Assembly (NCBI GenBank): GCA_031414535.1
Contig: JANNVQ010000008.1
Coordinates: 1-64,000 of the forward strand
DNA: 64,000 bases
Source of the DNA: Gemmatimonas sp.
GTDB taxonomy: Bacteria; Gemmatimonadota; Gemmatimonadetes; Gemmatimonadales; Gemmatimonadaceae
Direction of reading: 5' to 3'
Shown one piece after another: positions 39,691 to 50,969 of this stretch; the first letter of the stretch is position 1, and each line of letters begins with the position of its first letter. A model generated the notes under the pieces. It searched no databases. It had not been told where the DNA came from and worked only from the letters and a program-made list of their open reading frames with translations. A program made the position numbers and the translations under genes.

Positions 39691-39819
39691 CAATCCCCCG
39701 GGAGGCACCCCGCGTCAGTGCTGGCAACCAGGATTCCTCAGGATTCGGCGTTCCGCTCGCACCGCTGCCGCTTCAGTATCAAGAAGACGCGCAAATCCAA
39801 CTTCTGTCAAAATGTCGCG

Positions 39820-40839
39820 CTAAGAGCCATCGCGCTTGGAGGCCTGAAAAGCCATCGCCCGCAGGCGCGACACCCGGATGGCCATCGGCGGGTGCGTCGC
39901 AAAAATGTCCGACCAGCGCCCCTGTCGCTCGTTCGCGATCCGCCCGGTTGGGTCCACGATGCACAGGTGGGCGACCCCATTCGAGATCGAGGTGGTGGGC
40001 GCGTGGTGGGACTCGATCTTGGCGAGGGCGTCGGCCAAAGCAGCCGGGTTCCTCGTGAACTGGGCGGCCATGGCGTCCGCCAAATATTCCCGCCCTCGGC
40101 TCACCGCCATCGCCATCAGCCGGATGATGACGGGCGCTAAAATCCAGGACAGAACCCAGACAACCAGGACAATGACCACAAGCGGGTTGCCGCCCTTTCC
40201 CTCCCGCCGGGATCCCCCGCGGCGGTGGAACGTGGTGCGAATCATCAGGTCCCTGACCAGCAAAATGGCTCCGCCGAGCCCCGCGATAATGGTCATCAGG
40301 CGGGTGTCTTCGTTCTTCACATGACCCATTTCGTGGGCCACGACGGCCTGTAATTCGTCGCGGTTGAGGACTTCAAGGAGGCCCGTGGTCACCGCCAAAT
40401 GGGCCTCGCCCGGCTTGGTGCCGGTCACGAAGGCGTTGGGGTCCGCCTCGGGCACCACATACACGGTGGGCATGGGCAGGCCCGCCGCAATGCTCATCTC
40501 CTCCACCACGTTCAGGAGTTGGCGCTCCTGATCCGTCTGCGGATTGATCAGGGGCTCCGCCCCCACCTGCTTCACCACACGTCGCCCGCCGTTGCGCAGG
40601 ACGTCCATCGTCAAGAAAAAAGCCGCGAGCCCCAGCACGGTCCCGCCCCAAGGAAAGCTGTGCCGGTACACAGCCTCCCCAGCGGGAGCGACCATGTCCT
40701 TGGTGGCCAGCCAGAGCGCGAGGTCGCCTCCTAAGCCCAGCCACAGGAAAAACAGGAGAAAGCCCGCCACCAACCACCAAGTTTTGCGGCGGTTAGCAGC
40801 TTGCTGTTCAAACAGGTTGAGCGTGGGTTTTGAAGTCAT
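39820..40839 (-). CDS. htpX: HtpX-like M48 zinc metalloprotease
   Basis: PNAF, AVVAHEMGH, SRGREYLADA and FATHPP motifs; paired with lemA. Confidence 0.88.
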   Translation of the reverse strand: MTSKPTLNLFEQQAANRRKTWWLVAGFLLFFLWLGLGGDLALWLATKDMVAPAGEAVYRHSFPWGGTVLGLAAFFLTMDVLRNGGRRVVKQVGAEPLINPQTDQERQLLNVVEEMSIAAGLPMPTVYVVPEADPNAFVTGTKPGEAHLAVTTGLLEVLNRDELQAVVAHEMGHVKNEDTRLMTIIAGLGGAILLVRDLMIRTTFHRRGGSRREGKGGNPLVVIVLVVWVLSWILAPVIIRLMAMAVSRGREYLADAMAAQFTRNPAALADALAKIESHHAPTTSISNGVAHLCIVDPTGRIANERQGRWSDIFATHPPMAIRVSRLRAMAFQASKRDGS

Positions 40840-40844
40840 AGTCG

Positions 40845-40890
40845 GGACGGATGACGGATGACGGACGCGGTGCGCATCCGTCATCCGTCC
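40845..40890. repeat. GACGGAT heptamer palindromic element, intergenic copy between lemA and htpX
   Basis: GGACGGATGACGGATGACGG-spacer-CATCCGTCATCCGTCC. Confidence 0.88.
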
Positions 40891-40899
40891 AGTCCGCTG

Positions 40900-41475
40900 C
40901 TACGCTCCTCGCCGAAATTCCACTTTCGGCACCGCCCGCTCCGCCGCGTCCTCAATCTCCCAAAGCTCAGCGATCGACGCCCCCGCCATTCCCGCCACGA
41001 GATTGGTGGGGAACTGCTGCTGCTTGGTGTTGTAAAGGGTGGCCGTGTCGTTGTAGAGCTGGCGTGCGAAGCCCACCTTGTTCTCGGTGGACGAGAGCTC
41101 TTCCTGCAGACTCTTCACGTTGGCCGTGGCCTTGAGGTCCGGGTACGCCTCGACGACCGCCATGAACTTGCCAAGTGCGCCCGTGAGCTGTGTCTCGGCG
41201 GCGGCCACCTGCTTCACGTGCTGCGGGTCAAACCCGGCCGAGGCCTGAATGGCGCTGTTGCGCGCGGCAATCACGGCCTGCAGGGTGTCCTTTTCGAAAT
41301 CCATCGCCGCCTGAACGGAGCTGATCAGGTTCGGGATGAGGTCGTGACGGCGCTTGAGCTGCACATCAATCTGCTTGAGCGCGTTGGCGGCCTGGTTCCG
41401 TAGGGCGATGAGCCCGTTGTACGCGGACATGAGCCATACGCCGACGACGACCAGGATGATGGCGGGAACAATCAC
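40900..41475 (-). CDS. lemA: LemA family protein
   Basis: YNGL...IDVQLKRRHDLIPNL, EAYPDLKA and TENKVGFARQLYND; GTG start with GGAG RBS. Confidence 0.92.
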   Translation of the reverse strand: MIVPAIILVVVGVWLMSAYNGLIALRNQAANALKQIDVQLKRRHDLIPNLISSVQAAMDFEKDTLQAVIAARNSAIQASAGFDPQHVKQVAAAETQLTGALGKFMAVVEAYPDLKATANVKSLQEELSSTENKVGFARQLYNDTATLYNTKQQQFPTNLVAGMAGASIAELWEIEDAAERAVPKVEFRRGA

Positions 41476-41568
41476 TGCATTCTCCGGATGGGGGACAGTG
41501 AAAAGGTACGGGGGGCGACGCCAATCGGCATCGCCCCCCATTCACTACGCCCAAGTGGGGCGTCCGTG

Positions 41569-41745
41569 TCAGTTTCCGGCCTTCTTTTTGGCCAAGTGGT
41601 CCTGCACCCAAGTGACCGGGACGAGGAACAGCGGAGTGAGGAAGAAGCCGAGTAGGATGTTAATCCACGTCAGGCCCAAGTAGTACGCGCCCATTCCGAG
41701 TCCAGCCCAGAGGGTGCCAAGGGGTCCGCCAAATGCCTGTTCCAC
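41569..41745 (-). CDS. Small membrane protein (58 aa)
   Basis: GTG start with upstream GGAG; hydrophobic hairpin followed by a basic tail KKKAGN. Confidence 0.55.
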   Translation of the reverse strand: MEQAFGGPLGTLWAGLGMGAYYLGLTWINILLGFFLTPLFLVPVTWVQDHLAKKKAGN

Positions 41746-41772
41746 GTCGTCGCTCCGAAAATCAGAAACGGG

Positions 41773-42786
41773 GTGAAGACCATCGTCGGCGAGTATGTTA
41801 GCAAGGTGCCGACGCAAAGTGAAGCGGTAGAACAAGTTCAGGGTTCCATCGGGCGCCTGCCTGCGGGGCGGTGGTTGCTGGCGGTGAGCGGGGGGCGCGA
41901 CTCTATGGTATTGCTCGAGGCATTCGCGAGCGTACGCCCACGCGAGATTGCCGCGGTGGGGACCTTCAATCACGGCACGGGGGCCGCAGCGACGAAGGCG
42001 GCCAAACTGGTTGAGCGCCGCGCACTCCAGCTGGCGCTCCCGGTAGTGTCCGGCAGTCTGCCTCCAGGCACAGCCAACGATGAGGCGGCTTGGCGTGCAG
42101 CGCGCTGGAAGTTTCTGCGCGGCTGGGCCGCCGAGTTGAATGCGCAGGTAGTGACGGCGCATACCTGGAACGATCAAGTGGAGACGGTGCTGCTGCGTCT
42201 GCTGCGGGACGCGGGTGCGCGCGGTCTCGCGGGGATGCTCGCGGATGTGCACCCGAGCGCGGCGCCGGTCGTCGTGCGGCCATTCCTTGGGCTCGAGCGC
42301 GCGAGCATCGAGGGCTACGCCAGCGGTGGGCGCGTGAAGTTCATCGAGGACCCGAGCAATCAATCGCTCGAGTTCGCGCGCAACCGCGTCCGGCACGAAA
42401 TCCTCCCGGCGCTGGAGCGGGCCTCACCGGGGTTCGCCGCGTGGAGCTACGCGCTCTCGCGGCGCGCGGCGGGCCTGCGACGCGACCTCGCGGATTGGGT
42501 GGATGCGGTGCTCACGCCAAGCGTGTCCGGTGGGGGTGATGTGTCCCTTGGCCGCCAGCGGAGTGTTGGCGTGCGCGCCGAACCGCTCGCCGCGCTTGAT
42601 CCGCCGGCTGCGAGCGTCGTCTGGCCGGAGGTCGCGTCCCGCGTGGGGATCGTCATGGACCGCCGCGGAATCGCTCGCGTGACGGAGTGGGCGCCTGGTT
42701 CCCTCGCCGGCAGTCGGATCCAGCTTTCCGGTGGCGCAGAAATTCTTCGCACCCACAGCGCATTTGTACTGCGTCTCTTATATTGA
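41773..42786 (+). CDS. tilS: tRNA(Ile)-lysidine synthetase (short form)
   Basis: AVSGGRDS PP-loop, TAHTWNDQVET, EDPSN and RNRVRH; lies upstream of hpt-ftsH. The start may be 41806. Confidence 0.9.
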   Translation: MKTIVGEYVSKVPTQSEAVEQVQGSIGRLPAGRWLLAVSGGRDSMVLLEAFASVRPREIAAVGTFNHGTGAAATKAAKLVERRALQLALPVVSGSLPPGTANDEAAWRAARWKFLRGWAAELNAQVVTAHTWNDQVETVLLRLLRDAGARGLAGMLADVHPSAAPVVVRPFLGLERASIEGYASGGRVKFIEDPSNQSLEFARNRVRHEILPALERASPGFAAWSYALSRRAAGLRRDLADWVDAVLTPSVSGGGDVSLGRQRSVGVRAEPLAALDPPAASVVWPEVASRVGIVMDRRGIARVTEWAPGSLAGSRIQLSGGAEILRTHSAFVLRLLY

Positions 42787-42791
42787 AGAGA

Positions 42792-43349
42792 ATGACCAGT
42801 ATCCCCGTCACTGGCGATCCGCGCCTCCGCGGCCGCGCCGTCAAGCGCATCGCCTTCGATGAGCAGACCATCGCCACCCGCGTACGGGAACTCGGCGCCG
42901 AAATCACTGCTTCCTATCCAGAAGGCGAGTTGCTCGTGCTCGGCTTGCTGAAGGGCAGCTTCGTATTTCTCGCCGACCTTGTTCGGGAAATCAAACGCCC
43001 GCTGCACGTGGACTTCTTGGTCGCCTCGTCCTACGGGGCAGGGACCATCTCGTCCGGGAACGTGCAGATGGTGTATGACCCGAAGACGGAACTGGAAGGC
43101 AAGCACATTCTGTTAGTAGAAGACATCGTGGACTCCGGCCGCACGCTGCAGGTGCTGATGGACCTGTTGGCGGAGCGGAAACCGAAGTCAATCGAAATTT
43201 GCGCCCTGTTGCATAAGCACATCGCGGAGCACCTGCATCATCCGGTGCAGTTTGTCGGTTTCGATGCTCCGCATGAATTCCTTGTCGGCTACGGACTGGA
43301 CCATGCGGAGGATTTCCGCCACGTCCCGTACGTTGCGAGTCTGGAGTAG
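42792..43349 (+). CDS. hpt: Hypoxanthine phosphoribosyltransferase
   Basis: LLKGSFVFLADL, LVEDIVDSGRTL and FLVGYGLD. Confidence 0.95.
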   Translation: MTSIPVTGDPRLRGRAVKRIAFDEQTIATRVRELGAEITASYPEGELLVLGLLKGSFVFLADLVREIKRPLHVDFLVASSYGAGTISSGNVQMVYDPKTELEGKHILLVEDIVDSGRTLQVLMDLLAERKPKSIEICALLHKHIAEHLHHPVQFVGFDAPHEFLVGYGLDHAEDFRHVPYVASLE

Positions 43350-43351
43350 AA

Positions 43352-45331
<1,980 letters not shown>

Positions 45332-45335
45332 CAAG

Positions 45336-45513
45336 GGGAGAGGAGCGAGGAGCGAAAAGCGACAACGGAAGAGCGAAGTATTGAAGAGTGAAGGGTGAAG
45401 GGACGAAGGTTGGAGGGAGAGGATTGAACCTTCTCCTTCGGCCCTTCGTCCCTTTTCCCTTTCCCCTCACTACTTCGATTTTCAACCTCGCTCTTCGCTC
45501 CTCGCTCTTCCTC
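45336..45513. repeat. Long purine-arm/pyrimidine-arm hairpin built of heptamer repeats downstream of ftsH
   Basis: The GAGGAGCGAGGAGCGAAAAGCGA...GAAGGGTGAAGGGACGAAGG arm is mirrored by CCCTTCGTCCCTTTTCCCTT...TCGCTCTTCGCTCCTCGCTCTTC. Confidence 0.75.
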
Positions 45514-45553
45514 ACTACCGCCTCTCTGTAAACCCCAGTATTTTCATAAGGTT

Positions 45554-46249
45554 ATGGAATTTCTGGGCTTAGGCGAGCGGGTGGCATCAATTCGCGACGA
45601 AATCGCGGAGGCCGTCCGACGCGGTGGGCATGGGCAGGCGGTGCGGCTCGTTGCCGTCACCAAGATGCACGGCCCAGAAGTGGTGACGGCGGCGTGGGAT
45701 GCCGGCATCACCGATGTGGGCGAGAACAAGGTCCAGGAAGCTCTTCGGAAGCAGGAGGCGCTGTCGAGCGCTGGCGTGTTGCCACCCGTGCGGTGGCATC
45801 TGATTGGTCACCTGCAAACCAATAAGGTGAAGGCCCTGCCGCATTTCGGTCTGTTTCACGCGTTGGATCGTGAAAAGTTGGCGGACGAGGCGGCGGCGAT
45901 GGCGGCGGGGCGGGGCATCACGCTCGACGTTCTGCTGCAAGTGAACGTGGCAGAAGAAGCATCGAAGGGCGGGTACGCGCTCGACGCGGTGGCGGCGGAA
46001 GCGGAACGTCTGCGTGGGATGCCGTCCTTACGGGTGACCGGTGTGATGACGATGGCGCCGTTCGATGCGGACGAGCGGGTGTTGCGGACGGTGTTTGCTG
46101 GGGCGCGGAACGCGAGGGAGCAGTTGCGGGCGGCTGGGCATCCCGCGCAGGAACTGTCGATGGGGATGAGCGGGGACTTTTTGATCGCCGTTGAGGAAGG
46201 GGCCACCTTGGTCCGCCTTGGCACGATCCTCTTCGGAGCGAGGGGCTGA
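45554..46249 (+). CDS. yggS: PLP homeostasis protein YggS
   Basis: LVAVTK, GENKVQE, WHLIGHLQTNK and LSMGMSGD. Confidence 0.95.
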   Translation: MEFLGLGERVASIRDEIAEAVRRGGHGQAVRLVAVTKMHGPEVVTAAWDAGITDVGENKVQEALRKQEALSSAGVLPPVRWHLIGHLQTNKVKALPHFGLFHALDREKLADEAAAMAAGRGITLDVLLQVNVAEEASKGGYALDAVAAEAERLRGMPSLRVTGVMTMAPFDADERVLRTVFAGARNAREQLRAAGHPAQELSMGMSGDFLIAVEEGATLVRLGTILFGARG

Positions 46250-46746
46250 TGACGGAGCATCTCGAGGGTGGCGACGACATTTTCCACCTGACACCGGTGG
46301 ATGTACGCCGCTACGACTTTGGCAGCGCCATGCGCGGCTACGACAGGGCGCGCGTGGATCAGTTCCGTACGCAGGTGGCGGAAGAGTTGGAGCGCCTGAC
46401 GCGCCAGAACGCCGAATTCGAGTCCAAGGCCCGTAACTTCCACGAGCAGCTCAAACACTATCGCGAGCGTGACAAGGCAATCAACGAGGCCTTGATCTCG
46501 GCGCAGCAGTTGCGTGAAGACGTGAAGGAACAGGCCGCGCGCGAAGCGGACTTGATGCGCCGCGAGGCGGAGTCCGCCGCGCAGCATCTCGTGGAAGGCG
46601 CTCGTCAGCAGGTGCAGTCGCTGCAGGCCGAAATCGAAGGTCTTGATCGCACGCGTCGCGCCTACCTCGCGCAGCTAAAGGCGATTGCCGAGCGGCACAT
46701 CGCTGAGGCCGACGCCTTGTTGCAGTATCCTGCCACGCAGGGCTGA
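46249..46746 (+). CDS. divIVA: DivIVA domain protein
   Basis: LTPVDV...F...MRGYD...VD.F N-terminal motif followed by a coiled coil. Confidence 0.88.
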   Translation: MTEHLEGGDDIFHLTPVDVRRYDFGSAMRGYDRARVDQFRTQVAEELERLTRQNAEFESKARNFHEQLKHYRERDKAINEALISAQQLREDVKEQAAREADLMRREAESAAQHLVEGARQQVQSLQAEIEGLDRTRRAYLAQLKAIAERHIAEADALLQYPATQG

Positions 46747-46804
46747 GCCACAGGTGCCCGCCGCAGCCGCAGACGCAGCGTCGCGTGAGCGCGAGGGCAG
46801 AGCC

Positions 46805-47641
46805 GTGAGCACGGCGGCCGTTCAGCCGACGCCGGCGGATGTGGCGCGCGCGGTAGCGGCCCTGCGTGCGCGCACATCCGTAACGCCCGAGGTCGCCATC
46901 ATCCTCGGCACCGGCCTTGGAGGACTCGCTGCTGCCCTCGAGGTGAGCGCCTCGATTCCTTACGAGGAGATTCCGGGCTTCCCCGTCTCCACGGTGGAAT
47001 CGCACAGCGGGCGGCTGCTCCTCGGAACGCTTGGCGGTAAGCGCGTGCTCGCCATGCAGGGGCGGTTTCACCGCTACGAGGGATACTCGCTGCAACAGGT
47101 GACCTTGCCTGTGCGCGTCTTGCAGGCCCTGGGTGCGCACACGCTGGTGGTCTCCAACGCTTGCGGCGGCATTCGTGCGGACTGGGCGCCCGGGGACCTG
47201 ATGGCGATCGCCGACCACATCAATCTGCTGGGTGACAATCCACTCGTAGGGCCGCACCACGCGGAGTGGGGCGCGCGTTTCCCTGATATGTCGGCACCTT
47301 ATGATGCGGGGCTGCGCGCGCTGGCCGGAGAGATTGCTGCGGCTCAGGGCACGACGCTACGCGAGGGTGTGTACGCGGCGGTGACGGGGCCAAACCTCGA
47401 GACGCGCGCCGAGTATGCGATGCTGCGCACACTGGGCGCTGATGTGGTAGGCATGAGCACCGTGCCTGAGGTGATTGTGGCACGACAACTGCAAATGCGG
47501 GTGCTGGGTCTGTCCATCATCACGGATGCCTGCGTGCCCGAGACATTGGAAGAAGCGTCACTCGAGAAGATTCTCGCTGTGGCGGCCATCGCCGAGCCTA
47601 AGCTCACCTCGCTGGTGCGCGGGCTGGTGGAGCGCCTCTGA
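46805..47641 (+). CDS. punA: Purine-nucleoside phosphorylase (trimeric family)
   Basis: [33 protein letters not shown] and VGMSTVPE. Confidence 0.92.
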   Translation: MSTAAVQPTPADVARAVAALRARTSVTPEVAIILGTGLGGLAAALEVSASIPYEEIPGFPVSTVESHSGRLLLGTLGGKRVLAMQGRFHRYEGYSLQQVTLPVRVLQALGAHTLVVSNACGGIRADWAPGDLMAIADHINLLGDNPLVGPHHAEWGARFPDMSAPYDAGLRALAGEIAAAQGTTLREGVYAAVTGPNLETRAEYAMLRTLGADVVGMSTVPEVIVARQLQMRVLGLSIITDACVPETLEEASLEKILAVAAIAEPKLTSLVRGLVERL

Positions 47642-47643
47642 CT

Positions 47644-50600
47644 GTGACAACGAGCGGAATGAACTTTAGAACGATGCCGGCGGACCTGACCGCTGACGCA
47701 CTGGAGCAGGAAGTGATGGCCCGCTGGACCCGTGACGGTGTGTTTGCCGCCTCGCAGGCCGCGCGCGCCGATGCTCCGGCTTGGGTTTTTTACGAAGGCC
47801 CTCCTACCGCGAACGGGAAGCCGGGCATTCATCACGTATTCGCGCGCACGGTGAAGGATCTGTTCTGCCGTCATCGCGCCATGCTGGGGCACCATGTGCC
47901 GCGGAAGGCCGGCTGGGACACGCACGGCCTCCCGGTCGAGATTGAAGTCGAAAAACAGCTCGGTCTCAGCGGCAAGCAGGACATCGAGCGCATCGGTGTG
48001 GCGGAGTTCAATCGCCGGTGCCGCGAGAGCGTGTGGACGTACAAGGGTGATTGGGAGGAGGTCAGCGCCCGCATGGGCTACTGGCTCGACTACGACGACC
48101 CGTACGTGACCTACACGAATGAGTATGTGGAAAGCGTGTGGTGGGCGCTGAAGACGCTGCACACGAAGAATCTGCTGTATCAAGGGCACAAGATTTTGCC
48201 GTACTGTGCGAGGTGTGGGACGGCACTGTCGTCGCACGAACTGGCGCAGGGGTACGAGGATGTTGAGGATCCGAGCGTGTATGTGGCGCTCGATTTGGAG
48301 ACGGGACGGATGACGGATGACGGAAGCTTGAAGCATCCGTCATCCGTCATCCGTCGAAGAATTATCGTGTGGACCACCACCCCGTGGACCCTCGTCTCCA
48401 ACGTCGCCCTCGCAGTGAATCCCGAGCTCAGCTACGTGGAGCTGCGGAAGAAGAGCGTTTCCGATTGGACCATCATTCTCGCTGAGGCGCGGGCGTCGGC
48501 GGTGTTGGGCGCCGACTATCGTGATCGTTGGGATGAGGTGGCGCTCGTGAAGGGCACTGCGCTCGTTGGCATGAAGTACAAGCGACCCTTGGATTGGGTG
48601 GAGTATCCCGACGAGGGCAACACCGAGTTGATCGTGGGCGAGGAGTTCGTCTCGGCTGACGATGGCTCGGGTGTCGTACATATGGCACCGGCCTTCGGTG
48701 CTGATGACTACGCGGCGGGGCAGCGGCACAAGCTGGCGTTCGTAAATCCGGTAAACGCGCGCGGCGAGTTCCCCGCGGCGATGCCGTTGGTGGGCGGACT
48801 GTTCGTGAAGAAGGCCGACCCGCTCATCATCGAAGAGCTCGAGCGGCGCGACCAGCTCTGGAAGTCGCAGCAGTTCGTGCACTCGTATCCGCACTGCTGG
48901 CGCTGCCGCACGCCGCTCCTGTACTACGCGCGTGGCTCGTGGTTCGTGCGCACCACGGCGTACAAGGACCGGATGATGGCGCGCAACGCCGCCGTCAATT
49001 GGAATCCGCCGGAAGTGGGTGCGGGTCGCTTTGGTTCTTGGCTCGAGAACAACATTGACTGGGCCATCTCGCGCGATCGCTACTGGGGCACGCCATTGCC
49101 CGTGTGGGTGAACGACGAAGACACCGATGAGATTGAAGTCATCGGATCATTCGCCGAGCTCGCCGCAAAGGTGGGGCGCGCGTTGCCGGACGACTTTGAT
49201 CCGCACAAGCCGCACATCGATACGTACACGTGGCCTGCGCCAAGTGGGAAGGGCACGATGCGTCGTGTGCCGGAAGTCATTGATACGTGGTTCGATTCGG
49301 GCTCGATGCCGTTTGCCCAGTGGGGATATCCCCACCAGGCGGGCAGCGCGGAGAAGGTGGCGCGCTACTTTCCGGCGGATTTTATCGCCGAAGGCGTGGA
49401 CCAGACGCGAGGGTGGTTTTACTCGTTGCTCGCCATCGCAACTGGTTTGGGTGATGCCTTGCCCGGAAATGCGGCGGACACTGGACGGATGACGGATGAC
49501 GGAAGCGGACCAGCGTCCGTCATCCGTCATCCGTCCCCGTTGGCGTCCCCCTACCGCGCCGTGGTCGTCAACGATTTGGTGTTGGACGCCAACGGGCAAA
49601 AGATGTCCAAGTCGCGTGGCAATACCGTGGATCCGCGGCAAGTGATGTCGCGACACGGGGCTGATGCCGTGCGGCTATTCCTGATGGCGAGTTCGCAGGT
49701 GTGGGTGCCGCGCCGCTTTGATGAGTCGGTGATTCGCGAGACGGCGGGGCGCTTCCTCGTGACGTTGCGGAACGTGTACTCGGGCATTTTTGCCCAGTAC
49801 GCCAACTTTGGGTGGACGCCGAGTGCCGAGGATCCGGCGCCGAGTGCGCGTCCGGTGTTGGATCGCTGGGTGCTGTCGCGTCTCGCCTCGGTAGAGCATG
49901 AAGTCGATGCGGCGTTGCTGCGCTTCGACGCGACAGCCGCGTCGCGGCTGCTCATGGAGTTTGTCACGGAAGACGTCGCCAATTGGTACGTGCGTCTGTC
50001 ACGCTCACGCTTTTACGACGTGACGAGCGAGGACAATCGGGCCGCCTTCGCGACGCTGCACGAGGTGCTCGTGGTAGTGTCGCGCTTGCTGGCGCCCTTC
50101 GCGCCGTTTGTGTCGGATTGGATGCACGTGGAGCTCACGGGGCAATCCGTACACTTGGCCGATTTTCGTCGTCACGCGGCGTCTGCCTCCGTGCTGCCGC
50201 GCGACGAAGGGCTCGAGCGCGCGATGTCTGCCGCGCGCACGCTCTCCACGCTCGGCCGTGCCGCGCGAGAGTCGGCGGGCATCAAGGTGCGGCAGCCGCT
50301 CGGCACGCTCACCTGTGTCACGCCGGGTATTGAGGCGACATGGCACGCGATGATTGCGCCGCTCGTTGCGGCGGAACTGAACATCAAGTCCGTGCGCTTT
50401 GAGGATTCCGCCGCGGACTGGGTGCGCCTCGAAGGCAAGGCGAACTTTCCTGTGTTGGGGAAGGTTGTCGGCGCCGCGATGAAGGCGACGAAGCCGGTGG
50501 TGGAGAATCTCGACCAAGCGCAGTTGAGGACTATCGAAGGCGGCGGTATGGTGACGGTAGACGTGCCGGGCCACGGACCACTCGAGTTGGATGCGACGCG

Positions 50601-50967
50601 GGTGACGATTGCTGCCAAGGCCTCAACGACGTTAGTCGTGCAGCAGGGCGAGGGCATGTCCGTCGCATTGGATCCGGCGTTGACGCCGGAGTTGCGCGCG
50701 GAGGGTATGGCCCGTGAAGTGGTGAGCCGTGTGCAGCGCCTGCGAAAGGAAAGCGGGCTCGCCGTCAGTGATCGGATTCGCCTGGTGGTGGCGGCGACGA
50801 TTGAGGTGCAGCAAGCCCTGCGTGTGCACGCGCAGTGGGTTGCATCAGAAGTGTTGGCCCGGGACTGCGTCATCGCCGATGCGCTCCCGACCCCCGCGTG
50901 GCCCGCGACCGCCGAGCTTGAACTCGACGGTACGATGGCGCGCATCGCCCTTTGCAAGGACAGTTGA
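47644..50967 (+). CDS. ileS: Isoleucine--tRNA ligase, type 2, with GIHH signature and two repeat insertions
   Basis: EGPPTANG, GWDTHGLPVE, WTTTPWTL, DWAISRDRYWG, EGVDQTRGWF and KMSKS; type-2 C-terminal REVVSRVQRLRK. Confidence 0.97.
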   Translation: MTTSGMNFRTMPADLTADALEQEVMARWTRDGVFAASQAARADAPAWVFYEGPPTANGKPGIHHVFARTVKDLFCRHRAMLGHHVPRKAGWDTHGLPVEIEVEKQLGLSGKQDIERIGVAEFNRRCRESVWTYKGDWEEVSARMGYWLDYDDPYVTYTNEYVESVWWALKTLHTKNLLYQGHKILPYCARCGTALSSHELAQGYEDVEDPSVYVALDLETGRMTDDGSLKHPSSVIRRRIIVWTTTPWTLVSNVALAVNPELSYVELRKKSVSDWTIILAEARASAVLGADYRDRWDEVALVKGTALVGMKYKRPLDWVEYPDEGNTELIVGEEFVSADDGSGVVHMAPAFGADDYAAGQRHKLAFVNPVNARGEFPAAMPLVGGLFVKKADPLIIEELERRDQLWKSQQFVHSYPHCWRCRTPLLYYARGSWFVRTTAYKDRMMARNAAVNWNPPEVGAGRFGSWLENNIDWAISRDRYWGTPLPVWVNDEDTDEIEVIGSFAELAAKVGRALPDDFDPHKPHIDTYTWPAPSGKGTMRRVPEVIDTWFDSGSMPFAQWGYPHQAGSAEKVARYFPADFIAEGVDQTRGWFYSLLAIATGLGDALPGNAADTGRMTDDGSGPASVIRHPSPLASPYRAVVVNDLVLDANGQKMSKSRGNTVDPRQVMSRHGADAVRLFLMASSQVWVPRRFDESVIRETAGRFLVTLRNVYSGIFAQYANFGWTPSAEDPAPSARPVLDRWVLSRLASVEHEVDAALLRFDATAASRLLMEFVTEDVANWYVRLSRSRFYDVTSEDNRAAFATLHEVLVVVSRLLAPFAPFVSDWMHVELTGQSVHLADFRRHAASASVLPRDEGLERAMSAARTLSTLGRAARESAGIKVRQPLGTLTCVTPGIEATWHAMIAPLVAAELNIKSVRFEDSAADWVRLEGKANFPVLGKVVGAAMKATKPVVENLDQAQLRTIEGGGMVTVDVPGHGPLELDATRVTIAAKASTTLVVQQGEGMSVALDPALTPELRAEGMAREVVSRVQRLRKESGLAVSDRIRLVVAATIEVQQALRVHAQWVASEVLARDCVIADALPTPAWPATAELELDGTMARIALCKDS
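48304..48355. repeat. GACGGAT palindromic element inserted in frame in ileS (copy 1)
   Basis: GGACGGATGACGGATGACGGAAGC...CATCCGTCATCCGTCATCCGTC, read as GRMTDDGSLKHPSSVIR. Confidence 0.92.
49483..49536. repeat. GACGGAT palindromic element inserted in frame in ileS (copy 2)
   Basis: GGACGGATGACGGATGACGGAAGC...TCCGTCATCCGTCATCCGTCC, read as GRMTDDGSGPASVIRHPS. Confidence 0.92.
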
Positions 50968-50969
50968 TT

